Shown: positions 46,131 to 54,977 of the stretch, piece after piece
How positions within the stretch are numbered: the stretch's first letter is position 1
Layout: each line of letters starts with the position of its first letter
Origin: a virus
IMG/VR virus record: IMGVR_UViG_3300025466_001309
Location: 6,520-70,519 of that record
Direction: 5' to 3' (one strand)
Length of the DNA stretch: 64,000 bases
The notes under the pieces: model-generated
What the model was told of the DNA's origin: nothing
The model's input: only the letters and a program-made list of their open reading frames with translations
The model's database searches: none
Position numbers and translations under genes: made by a program

Positions 46131-46435
46131 TCAGCCTCCGCTTTGAGTATTAATGGGTATCCATGACTGCGAGCCATATCTGATGCTTCTATAACTTTCT
46201 GCTCAGCAATTTCATGACTATAAACACCTACTACAGCACTACCTGCATTATGAATTTCTAATGTTAATTTTAATGCGTTATCTTGTGAATAGTTAAACAC
46301 AGTGATCAGCATAGCAATAACAAATTCCACGCTGGTATGATCGTCATTGAACACGATAACTTTATACTTACTAGGCTCTTTGGGTATAGAGTTTGTAGTT
46401 TTTTTCTTTTCAATTACATCAGTTTGGATAGTCAT
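46127..46435 (-). CDS. clpS: Clp protease adaptor ClpS
   Basis: YKVIVFNDDHTSVEFV, IH..GSAVVG, GYPL. Confidence 0.93.
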   Translation of the reverse strand: MTIQTDVIEKKKTTNSIPKEPSKYKVIVFNDDHTSVEFVIAMLITVFNYSQDNALKLTLEIHNAGSAVVGVYSHEIAEQKVIEASDMARSHGYPLILKAEAE

Positions 46436-46453
46436 AATATGTATATTTAATGC

Positions 46454-46469
46454 GGGGGCCGAAGCCCCC
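46454..46469 (-). terminator. GC hairpin after Hsp20 gene
   Basis: GGGGGC-TTCG-GCCCCC, weak U tract. Confidence 0.55.
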
Positions 46470-46477
46470 TAAAGTTT

Positions 46478-46912
46478 TTACTCGCCTTTGAGTTTTAGAA
46501 CACGTGGTTTCAATGCTTCTGGAACCACACGTTTTAGTTCAATGGTTAGTACACCATTTTTGACTCGTCCTTCACCTACTTCCATGTGTTCGGCCAGTGT
46601 CCAACTGCGTGTAAAATCACGAGTTGCTAGGCTACGATGTAAGTAAGTGGGTTCTTCAAGTTCAACTTCTTTACGTTGACCCCTGACGATCAATTGATTT
46701 TGATCAATCTCAACAGTGATCTCGCTCTTTTCAAATCCTGTAACAGCGACTTCGATCTCGTAAGAGTCTTCATCATGTTTTAGGATATTGTAAGGGGGAT
46801 AAGTGTTGTTGATTTGATTTGCAAAACGATTTTCAAAATCGTTAAACAATGTGTCAAATCCAAGAAGGGCTCTGTTAAGAGAGTTGGTGTCAAAACGAAC
46901 TAATTGATTCAT
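46478..46912 (-). CDS. small heat-shock protein (IbpA-like Hsp20)
   Basis: GFD, YPPYNI, YLHR.LATRDF, NGVLTI. Confidence 0.93.
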   Translation of the reverse strand: MNQLVRFDTNSLNRALLGFDTLFNDFENRFANQINNTYPPYNILKHDEDSYEIEVAVTGFEKSEITVEIDQNQLIVRGQRKEVELEEPTYLHRSLATRDFTRSWTLAEHMEVGEGRVKNGVLTIELKRVVPEALKPRVLKLKGE

Positions 46913-46992
46913 AGGTTTCTCCTTTATTAAGTAAGAATCATTGTTGGGCACTATACCCAGTATACGTAGAAGCCATTAGGTCAACTACGCAT
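46913..46992 (-). promoter_or_regulatory. ROSE-like structured 5' UTR
   Basis: two hairpins then UUCUU-A-CUU paired to AAGGAGAA SD. Confidence 0.6.
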
Positions 46993-47283
46993 TTATTTAT
47001 TATATTTGGATTCAAAATCATTGTCAACATGATCTGCTGTAGAAGTTTTGCCATTTAATGCTTGTTGATAACGTTCTCTATGCTCTTTGATATCAAATTC
47101 TACCGGTGCTTGTAATAGTTTGAATACAGGATGTAGAAGTTTTTGTGTAATTCTACGACTCATATCTTCCATGACTTTGACTTCATCTTCACCCTCGGCA
47201 ATTCTCTGCAGGGCAATACCGCGTTCATACATATCAACACGGTGGCTCCATGATTCAAAATTCTCACCCTCTCTAAGTTTCAT
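46993..47283 (-). CDS. stand-alone glutamyl-tRNA reductase dimerisation-domain-like protein
   Basis: ALQRIAEGED..KVMEDMSRRITQKLLHP resembles HemA C terminus. Confidence 0.6.
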   Translation of the reverse strand: MKLREGENFESWSHRVDMYERGIALQRIAEGEDEVKVMEDMSRRITQKLLHPVFKLLQAPVEFDIKEHRERYQQALNGKTSTADHVDNDFESKYNK

Positions 47284-48095
47284 AATGGGCCGGTTATATA
47301 ATCTACGGTACTGTTAATATGTGGTTTCGGATAAGTTGGTTCTACCTCTACTCGTAGCAATGTGTTTACTAGTCGGCTACGGTCTCGAACATTTCGTTGT
47401 CCTAGTACAACAACTCCAAACAATTCAGATTTCTTTTCTACCAGCATTAGCACACATCGTCCTGCAGGGTTAGTAAACCCAGTTTTACTAATTAGAATAT
47501 TGTCATAGACAAATATTTCTGGATTAGTATTGCGTACATTGATGGTCAATGTTTTCTTGCCGTTTGGCACTTGCAAAATAGCATTACGCTCATTGGCAAT
47601 ACTACGGATTACAGGGTTGTCTTTGATTTGATGTAAGAATTCTAATAAGTCTCGTGCTGTACTGACATCACCTTGTAATAATCCTGTGCTGTCTACAAGG
47701 TGAGTATCAAACAATGCGTGATTGGCAAGATATGAATTGGCATCGGCCACAAACCTATCAAATCCACCAGGATGATGGTTAGCCAATGTTTCAGCGGCAC
47801 GATTATCTGAACTGATGATCATTATCCTTAGTAAATCAAATCGTGACATATATACACCACGGGGTACATGTCCGTGGCTGCGACCGTCGACTTTGATTTT
47901 CTCATCAAGGCTAGCACCACTGTTTAGTACTGTGATAGCGGTAAACAATTTTGTAATGCTGGCAATAGGGCGTTGTTCCATCCTATTATTGTCAACAATA
48001 TATCCAGCCTGTGAATAGTCGTAGAGAGCATAAGCATCTGCAGATGCGTAGATAGGCGAGATTAGTAATAGTAGTGATAAAATTATTTTGTTCAT
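47280..48095 (-). CDS. peptidase S11 D-Ala-D-Ala peptidase (PBP7-like)
   Basis: signal peptide, ASITK, SDN, KTG. Confidence 0.9.
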   Translation of the reverse strand: MNKIILSLLLLISPIYASADAYALYDYSQAGYIVDNNRMEQRPIASITKLFTAITVLNSGASLDEKIKVDGRSHGHVPRGVYMSRFDLLRIMIISSDNRAAETLANHHPGGFDRFVADANSYLANHALFDTHLVDSTGLLQGDVSTARDLLEFLHQIKDNPVIRSIANERNAILQVPNGKKTLTINVRNTNPEIFVYDNILISKTGFTNPAGRCVLMLVEKKSELFGVVVLGQRNVRDRSRLVNTLLRVEVEPTYPKPHINSTVDYITGPL

Positions 48096-48216
48096 ATACT
48101 TTATTTACAGGTTTACCAATCTGTATTTAGAGTAGGGATAATGCTCCTGTAGCCACTCTAGCAAGCCCGGTTCATAAGGTAATTGAATGCTATTGGTTGA
48201 TTCCGTTATGTACATA

Positions 48217-48444
48217 TTATGAGGCCCACCGTAGTAAAAACATTATATAATCTTGTTCTTCTTTGAACTCAAACACACCTTCTCCCATAAAACGCCAACC
48301 ATCTATGGCACGATCACCTAGATTTTTTCTGCACCAATCTATACAAGGTCGCCATCCTTGGTAACGATGTCCGTTGACAGGGTCAGAGTCAACTATAGGG
48401 GCCATTACACTGGCCACATGCCACCCTGATAGATTATTCATCAT
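48217..48444 (-). CDS. FLLRW family hypothetical protein
   Basis: C-terminal FEF..EQDYIMFLLRW. Confidence 0.7.
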   Translation of the reverse strand: MMNNLSGWHVASVMAPIVDSDPVNGHRYQGWRPCIDWCRKNLGDRAIDGWRFMGEGVFEFKEEQDYIMFLLRWAS

Positions 48445-48620
48445 GATCCCCACCTTAACAAAAAGTAAGTATGATCTTTGGACTCACGGAAATATAGTTT
48501 TTTACCAATAGAAAACCATCTACCACCAGCAGGACCATAATATTCTACCATCTCAACTAACATTGAAGTTGAAATACGGTTTAGTTCTACACCATGATAT
48601 ACATAATCAATTTCTGTCAC
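48441..48620 (-). CDS. FLLRW family hypothetical protein (59 aa, not in ORF track)
   Basis: GTG start; LYFRESKDHTYFLLRWGS. Confidence 0.65.
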   Translation of the reverse strand: MTEIDYVYHGVELNRISTSMLVEMVEYYGPAGGRWFSIGKKLYFRESKDHTYFLLRWGS

Positions 48621-48942
48621 TTTGCAGGTACTCCGAATATTTCAACAAAAACATTGTGCGTTTGGGTTCGTCATAAAAGTCAAGGCAAATAACATACTCG
48701 TTAATATTCTCTCTATAGAACTTGCGATCCTTTTCTGTTTCATACCAAATGTTATCGCTATGATCATAATCATCTAACTCTTGGGCTGTTCTAGGTCTAT
48801 AACCCAAATGCTCGCGTACAGTGAATCCTAAAACTTCTTTCATCTTCCATCGAACCATTGTAACACTTTTCGGATGATCTTGATCCAGCTTTTTTCTGAG
48901 TTTATCCCAGTTTTTCGAAAATAACTTAACAGGCTTGCTCAT
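48607..48942 (-). CDS. FLLKY family hypothetical protein
   Basis: LDFYDEPKRTMFLLKY. Confidence 0.7.
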   Translation of the reverse strand: MSKPVKLFSKNWDKLRKKLDQDHPKSVTMVRWKMKEVLGFTVREHLGYRPRTAQELDDYDHSDNIWYETEKDRKFYRENINEYVICLDFYDEPKRTMFLLKYSEYLQSDRN

Positions 48943-49150
48943 CTTGTACTATCCGTCCATTGTGCTCTAAACTAAACAATATTGCATCCTTTTCACTGTT
49001 AAAGATAAACTCCATGTAATTTACATTGACATGTGTGTTAAATCTATCTCCAGGCAAACCAAACATTTCAATAGCACGAGCACATACTTCATTCCAATAT
49101 GGTTCGTTGGCAGTTTCACGCACCCAATTTATTCTAACTGTGGTTGTCAT
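48926..49150 (-). CDS. hypothetical protein, same C-terminal family
   Basis: FIFNSEKDAILFSL. Confidence 0.65.
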   Translation of the reverse strand: MTTTVRINWVRETANEPYWNEVCARAIEMFGLPGDRFNTHVNVNYMEFIFNSEKDAILFSLEHNGRIVQDEQAC

Positions 49151-49298
49151 TTGTTTTCTCATCAACTGTTGCCATAACAATTTCAGCTCTTTCAAATGCT
49201 TGCTTTTTGTTTCCTACGTTTAATGGATATTCTTTACCCTTATAGGTCAGCACATATGTCATTAATTTCATATCAAATTCTAATCTATAATTGTTCAT
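49134..49298 (-). CDS. hypothetical protein
   Basis: AAGGA SD. Confidence 0.6.
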   Translation of the reverse strand: MNNYRLEFDMKLMTYVLTYKGKEYPLNVGNKKQAFERAEIVMATVDEKTNDNHS

Positions 49299-49299
49299 T

Positions 49300-50148
49300 T
49301 TAGTATCCTTCTTCATGCCAACATTCATTATAATCTCTATGTTGAATCTCATATGGGTAAGTATCCCATCCTTTCTTAGGCCATTTAAAATCAATTCCGG
49401 TTCGAGGAAAAGATTTAAACAATTTTGGTGTTATTTCTTGACTGATATTATATGCATCATTCCAAAGTGGTGCATAATCATACAAATATTTTTCAGGTTG
49501 TACTAACATAAACTTAATTCTTTCATCAAATTCTGAACAATAGTGTGCACCTAGGTATGTTTCAACTCTAGTAAAGTATGGATAAAATTTAGCAAGGCTC
49601 CATTTATCAATTTTAACTCTATCTGTAATACCGTTATATTCTAAGGGAATATCAAACAATTTAATAAGGTCTGCGGTTTCTCCCCAAAAGAGATGGTCTC
49701 TAGGGTGAAACAAAAAAGATGGAAACATACCTGGTACAAATAATAAATTTTCTCGTTTGTTATTACTATAAAACTCATGCATCTTCATCATACTATCATA
49801 TGAGTACAATTGATCAGCCCTCATTTTTGCCGAATGTTTAGTAGTAACTTTTTTAATACCGCCTAATGAAGATACAATTTGTAGGTTACGATTATCTGTA
49901 CCAGGTTGAAATGGATATTTGTTAAAGACAGTTTTAACTCTAGGATTTTCAAATATATTTTTTGAAACGACATTGTCCCCCCAGCATGATAATATAATGT
50001 TATTAACAAAAGGCAGTTTTAAATATGACTCAATAATTGTATCAGTAACATCGTTGTAATTACCCTGAATAACTATATCCATGATAACTTCATCTTTTTT
50101 AATCAACAATTCGCCTTTATTACCTATTCCGAAATTAAAATTATTCAT
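49300..50148 (-). CDS. WavE-like lipopolysaccharide synthesis protein
   Basis: IVIQG, NRNLQIVSS..G, KMRAD, FHPRDHLFWG. Confidence 0.75.
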   Translation of the reverse strand: MNNFNFGIGNKGELLIKKDEVIMDIVIQGNYNDVTDTIIESYLKLPFVNNIILSCWGDNVVSKNIFENPRVKTVFNKYPFQPGTDNRNLQIVSSLGGIKKVTTKHSAKMRADQLYSYDSMMKMHEFYSNNKRENLLFVPGMFPSFLFHPRDHLFWGETADLIKLFDIPLEYNGITDRVKIDKWSLAKFYPYFTRVETYLGAHYCSEFDERIKFMLVQPEKYLYDYAPLWNDAYNISQEITPKLFKSFPRTGIDFKWPKKGWDTYPYEIQHRDYNECWHEEGY

Positions 50149-50150
50149 TT

Positions 50151-50912
50151 TTATACCTCAAATGTAAAGTTAGGATCAAATCCATTATCTTCTTCCCAAG
50201 GAAGATATCCTCTAGGGTTAGAAAGTATACGAGTATCTCCTATCATGTAATCCACAGGATCGTGCATATGTCCATGTACCCATGCTTTGATAGTTGGATT
50301 ATCTAATATGAGCTCGCTTAACTCACTGGCATAGCCACCGTTTGTAGTAGTTTCATTCTTGTATTTTTCGTTCACACTCATAAAACTAGGTGCGTGGTGA
50401 GTTATGACTACAACTGGCTTGTCTTTATTAGCCTGCAATACAGTCTTAAAATATTCAAGACTTTGACGATGCAAATCTAATACAGCCTCTGGAGTGAGTT
50501 TATGATACAGATTCTTTTCAGGGTAGAAGTTTTGAATTACTCGAAAGTCATTCATGAAATTTTTAATCGTAAACATAGTCACTGGATCGCCTCGGTTAAG
50601 GTCAGTCCAAAGAGTAGCACCTAAAAATAACACTCCATTGTACTCAACTACTTCATTTTCCAATAAGGTTGTATTACTAGGAAGCAATGCCCGGATGTCA
50701 TTATGAGTCTTATGTAACCTATGATGATAATGTTCGTGATTGCCTGCTACATAAAACACACGGTCATATTTGGCAAGTTCATTTAAGAATGTAGGATCAT
50801 TCTTCAATGTTCTATACTCTGCAATATCGCCAGCAAGAATCAACACTTCACCACCAGGCAATGTCTGTGGTGCCATTTCTAAGTGTAAATCGCTGACTAA
50901 ATTAATTCTCAT
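50151..50912 (-). CDS. metallophosphoesterase
   Basis: SDLHLE, AGD, GNHE, THHAP, HGHMH. Confidence 0.9.
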   Translation of the reverse strand: MRINLVSDLHLEMAPQTLPGGEVLILAGDIAEYRTLKNDPTFLNELAKYDRVFYVAGNHEHYHHRLHKTHNDIRALLPSNTTLLENEVVEYNGVLFLGATLWTDLNRGDPVTMFTIKNFMNDFRVIQNFYPEKNLYHKLTPEAVLDLHRQSLEYFKTVLQANKDKPVVVITHHAPSFMSVNEKYKNETTTNGGYASELSELILDNPTIKAWVHGHMHDPVDYMIGDTRILSNPRGYLPWEEDNGFDPNFTFEV

Positions 50913-51178
50913 TCTGTGCCCCATTTTAATAAAAACCATGAATACTCTGCATCTGTGGCAAAGTATATTCTTGTATACCACTGTGTAGAAGCCCAACACC
51001 AAGCAGGATTTGGAATATCTAATTTTGTGTATTTTTCTAATTCACAACTTGGGCCCCAAGTTTCCCAGCACCAAATTCTAATGTCTTGAAACTTTTGGAT
51101 TTCGACTCTGGCAAATTCACTGCAATACTTAAAAGCATTGTAACCTGCAAATCTGCGATCTAATTTATGTGACTTCAT
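50909..51178 (-). CDS. FLLKW family hypothetical protein
   Basis: RIYFATDAEYSWFLLKW. Confidence 0.7.
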   Translation of the reverse strand: MKSHKLDRRFAGYNAFKYCSEFARVEIQKFQDIRIWCWETWGPSCELEKYTKLDIPNPAWCWASTQWYTRIYFATDAEYSWFLLKWGTE

Positions 51179-51186
51179 ATACTTAT

Positions 51187-51215
51187 ATTATACAGTCTGT
51201 TGGTAAATTTGTCAA
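51187..51215 (-). promoter_or_regulatory. sigma70 promoter TTGACA-17-TATAAT
   Basis: perfect consensus. Confidence 0.9.
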
Positions 51216-51246
51216 GGGGAATTCTTTACCATTAAATAACATTACT

Positions 51247-51666
51247 ATGAATAAAATTAAAAAAGCACTTTGGTTTACAGCAGGTATTATATTTTTGGGC
51301 ATTGCTTATTTGGGCACATTTGTCCCTGGATTACCTTGGTCAACTCCGGCACTTTTGGCTACATGGTGTTTCAGCAAGAGTTCGGAAAAATTCCATAACT
51401 ATATGCTCAATCATAAGTTATTTGGTCCAGTTATCCGTAACTGGGGTGAAGGTCGAGTGTTTCCGAAATATGCCAAGATAGCCATGTTCCTAAGCATGGA
51501 CGGCAGCCTTGTCATCATGTGGTTTACTACACACAATGTCAAGGCTATTATTGGAATGAGCATATTCTTTGCTCTGATTCTAATTTGGGCTAGTCGCTAT
51601 CCTGGTAGTAAAGAAGAATCAGATCGCCGTAAAGAAGCTGGTGAAAAACTAGGTTGGTTCAAATAA
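51247..51666 (+). CDS. YbaN/DUF454 family membrane protein
   Basis: G..VPGLP.TP.LLA.WCFSKSS..H...FGP.IRNW. Confidence 0.82.
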   Translation: MNKIKKALWFTAGIIFLGIAYLGTFVPGLPWSTPALLATWCFSKSSEKFHNYMLNHKLFGPVIRNWGEGRVFPKYAKIAMFLSMDGSLVIMWFTTHNVKAIIGMSIFFALILIWASRYPGSKEESDRRKEAGEKLGWFK

Positions 51667-52197
51667 TTACTTAGGCCTAATTTTCATTTTACTGTAAATG
51701 TTTTGAACACCAACTGCCTGTCGGATAGCATCCTGTAAGGCATCATGCTTCCCACCTTTGGGCATATCTGGATCAAATCCCAAATCAAACAATGTACGAG
51801 TGTCACGCAACTGCCAATAATTCCAAGGAACTGGTCGTCCAAGCTGGCGATAGAGATTTTCAATGATTACTAAATCAAATGTGGCTCCATGTGACCAGTA
51901 AGCATCACATCCCCAGGCAAACTTATGAAATGTATCAATAGCTTCGGTTAATGGAATACGATCATTGGGACTAAAAGCTTCTTCCATAATCTCTGGATCT
52001 TGTTTTGACCACCAATCGATAGTATTTGGATCTACTTCACGACCTAGAGCATCCTGATCGTCGATATTGATACGGAAATAAATTTTATCTCCATAACCAT
52101 TCCCCCAAGGATTAAAATGCACTGCGCCTAAACTCAGTACCACAGCATTAGGAGAGACGGCCATGGTCTCCATGTCTACCATTAAATGTTTTGGCAT
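51667..52197 (-). CDS. DEDDh 3'-5' exonuclease (Rv2179c-like)
   Basis: VDMET, GATFD, RDTRT, HDALQDA. Confidence 0.88.
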   Translation of the reverse strand: MPKHLMVDMETMAVSPNAVVLSLGAVHFNPWGNGYGDKIYFRINIDDQDALGREVDPNTIDWWSKQDPEIMEEAFSPNDRIPLTEAIDTFHKFAWGCDAYWSHGATFDLVIIENLYRQLGRPVPWNYWQLRDTRTLFDLGFDPDMPKGGKHDALQDAIRQAVGVQNIYSKMKIRPK

Positions 52198-52207
52198 TGG
52201 ATTCTTT

Positions 52208-52723
52208 CTAGTAAAATAATTTATCTGCAATATCGCCAATCACAGTTGGCTTAAAGCGTACTGGATTCAATGCACCTTTGTCTAATCTTTTTTGTTCAAT
52301 TTTGTTACCAACTGGTGCTCGATTATATTGATTGATATGTCTTAGAATTAACTCTTGTTCTACATCTCTAGTTTCCTTGTGTGGATCGTATATATTTTGA
52401 CAAGGTGCATTTCTCATATCCCATACTCTTACTGCAATGTCGTCTTTAGTTAGACGTGGACGTTGCCGGGATATGTCTAAAAAATCCCTACCTGCTGAAG
52501 TACTACTAGGCAAAGTAGGCCAACCTGGCACTTGCCAAATTTGTCTATATATACGTTCACCGTCTGCTTCATCAGCAGATTCTCCGTATTTCAAAGTTTC
52601 ATGTAAAGTAAAAATTTCATATGCAATTCTATCATAGCCTTTTAAGCGATGTTTAATGTCAATTGCTTCATACAAATCTTTACCTAAGATTGTAACAACT
52701 GGGAAGTCTTCTGGTTTTACCAT
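52208..52723 (-). CDS. hypothetical protein
   Basis: third gene of 54.9-52.2 kb operon. Confidence 0.7.
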   Translation of the reverse strand: MVKPEDFPVVTILGKDLYEAIDIKHRLKGYDRIAYEIFTLHETLKYGESADEADGERIYRQIWQVPGWPTLPSSTSAGRDFLDISRQRPRLTKDDIAVRVWDMRNAPCQNIYDPHKETRDVEQELILRHINQYNRAPVGNKIEQKRLDKGALNPVRFKPTVIGDIADKLFY

Positions 52724-52776
52724 AATATTCTTTCTGTTAAAATTATATTTTATATTCTTTCTCAAAGTCTGTCAAT

Positions 52777-53394
52777 TTATTTTAAGACAGACCAAATCTT
52801 TTGTTTATAAAATAACGACTCTGCTTTTCCTATGCGCTCTTTGTAAGAGTTTGAAGTTAATACTCTAATCATTTCAAAACGTTCTTCGGGCATCATATCT
52901 CTCAACAAGATATTGTAACGCAATGGAATAATCATTAAGTTATTAATGTTATCAATGGGTCCGCCCATTGCACTAGGCACAATATGTTGCACACTAGGTT
53001 TATACCATTGTTTCTTTGCAACTTTCATTGCATCCTTTTCAAAGATATTAATAACAAAGTCGTTAAACCCTTGACGATAATCTAATGGACGATTGAAGTA
53101 AGGACAAATCCAAGGACAGATACTGTACAACTCTTTCCAATCTAAGTTTCCGTAACTGCTAGATCTGTTATATGCCCAGGGCATACGTACATCTTTAAAG
53201 GTAGGCAATTTTGAATCAGCTAGACTTTCAAAGATTTCAATAGTACCATATGCACTCTGCTCTTCTCGACTCCAGCTTTTCTTTTTAGACTTCTTTAGAT
53301 TTGTAGAATGAAGACGGTCAAATACCGCCTTCGATTCTTCGTCTAAGAGATTATAAAGAGACTGTGTCTCTTGATCAAATTTAGACAGATTCAT
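52777..53394 (-). CDS. HNH-like protein
   Basis: CPYF...PSVQHIVP..MGG..NINNL..I...N. Confidence 0.6.
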   Translation of the reverse strand: MNLSKFDQETQSLYNLLDEESKAVFDRLHSTNLKKSKKKSWSREEQSAYGTIEIFESLADSKLPTFKDVRMPWAYNRSSSYGNLDWKELYSICPWICPYFNRPLDYRQGFNDFVINIFEKDAMKVAKKQWYKPSVQHIVPSAMGGPIDNINNLMIIPLRYNILLRDMMPEERFEMIRVLTSNSYKERIGKAESLFYKQKIWSVLK

Positions 53395-54886
53395 CTTCTT
53401 CTACATCCTCAAAGCCTTCGATGTCATCATCTTTAGGATCTGTTAAGAAAGTAGTATAGCTAAACAAATCGCCGTTACTATCTCGAATTTCAGTACCTGC
53501 ATTGGTCCAGTAGGCTAACGGCACTGCAAATATTGATTTGTCTGTTGATTTGATCAAATCACTTTCTTGGATCATGCTGTACAAAGCAGTAGTTAAGAAG
53601 TACTCGACAAAGTTGTTACTAGAGATGTAACCTGCAAACGGCTCATTGTAGTCAACTTTGCTACGGACTTTGCCAAACTCTTTGTAGAAGGCTTCTGCCT
53701 GCTTGTGTCCGTCAGCATACTTGCTGATATGATAGCGTTCGTTCAATACTGTAGTAATAACCTTACGCATCTTGCTACGCTTGTTAGCAGTCAGTGTACC
53801 ACTTGCTTCTGCTTTTGCGGTCTGTTTGAACAGTTCACAAATAGCCCAGGCTGGCTCATGCGGCATATATCCATCGTAGAAGGCATCACGCAAAATCGTA
53901 TATGCATCTGATAAGTATGTGTTAATAACAAGTCCGTCCTCTTTTGTAGAGTATCGACCGTCTTCGAAAAACGCATAGAACTTGTCAATACGGAAGGCAT
54001 CACCTTTCTTAAGCAGAGTTTTCTTGCCGCCTTTCTTCTTTGCACTAGGCACAAACCGCACATCGTGATTATGATTGAGCTCACTCAAATCATAAGCATG
54101 TTGGTCTTCAATGCGTCCGCCAACTTCTTGTTTAATTTCATCTCCTGCTTCTTTGTACATTTTAGCACGGCCAGATTTGATACGAAACTCGTCGTAGATT
54201 TCAGTTGGCTTAGGAATAATATTCAGTAACTCAAAGATATCAAAGTTACGACCTCGATTGTTAGTAGCAATAGCACGACCCCAACAGTATGGAGCACCTG
54301 TTAGTGCAATAAGGATAGCACCGTGACGTCCTTCGTTAACATCAATGTGTTTCCCATCTACAGTAATCCTAGCAGTGATACCCATAGCCATCTGGCCGTC
54401 ATACTTCATTAGGATTTTTGCAATGTGTGGAATGTCTGTCCAACGCTGTGCGTCATAGTCAATACGCATCAAGTTCCAAGGCATGGCAAGTACACCTAGA
54501 ACACCGAAGAAGCCTTGTGGAGGACGAACTCCATATTCATTACCCTGTGCATCTTTAAAGATCCAGCAACGAGATTTAATAAATTCTGCAAGCACTTTGG
54601 CAACTTCATCACCAAAGTCTTTCACGCCTTCGCCGGGCATGACAGCGTCTGGATAACGACTAAACTTTTTAAGTTTATCAATTACCTGTGCGGATTCAGC
54701 TTTTGTAAGCTGCCACATCTCACGTGGAGGTTTAGTAAGATTCAATCCAAACGCAGTATCAATATCATCCTGACAGTCGGGGTAGATACTATTATAGTCT
54801 GATGTATATGCACCCTTTTTAGGGTCAACAAATGCTTCGGGTAGAACGAGACGGCCCTGTATAGGGTCATAGAAGTTTTGCAACAT
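53381..54886 (-). CDS. large hypothetical protein with possible ParB/Srx-like domain
   Basis: IDYDAQR...VNEGRHG resembles QR...DGQH pattern. Confidence 0.55.
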   Translation of the reverse strand: MLQNFYDPIQGRLVLPEAFVDPKKGAYTSDYNSIYPDCQDDIDTAFGLNLTKPPREMWQLTKAESAQVIDKLKKFSRYPDAVMPGEGVKDFGDEVAKVLAEFIKSRCWIFKDAQGNEYGVRPPQGFFGVLGVLAMPWNLMRIDYDAQRWTDIPHIAKILMKYDGQMAMGITARITVDGKHIDVNEGRHGAILIALTGAPYCWGRAIATNNRGRNFDIFELLNIIPKPTEIYDEFRIKSGRAKMYKEAGDEIKQEVGGRIEDQHAYDLSELNHNHDVRFVPSAKKKGGKKTLLKKGDAFRIDKFYAFFEDGRYSTKEDGLVINTYLSDAYTILRDAFYDGYMPHEPAWAICELFKQTAKAEASGTLTANKRSKMRKVITTVLNERYHISKYADGHKQAEAFYKEFGKVRSKVDYNEPFAGYISSNNFVEYFLTTALYSMIQESDLIKSTDKSIFAVPLAYWTNAGTEIRDSNGDLFSYTTFLTDPKDDDIEGFEDVEEDESV

Positions 54887-54940
54887 AAAATACCTTTCTT
54901 TAGTTAAAAGTTGCGTGCCTAAACATTTAGCACAGTAATT

Positions 54941-54969
54941 ATTATAGCGAAACTTCTATATCAAGTCAA
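54941..54969 (-). promoter_or_regulatory. sigma70 promoter TTGACT-17-TATAAT
   Basis: near consensus. Confidence 0.85.
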
Positions 54970-54977
54970 TGACTAAT

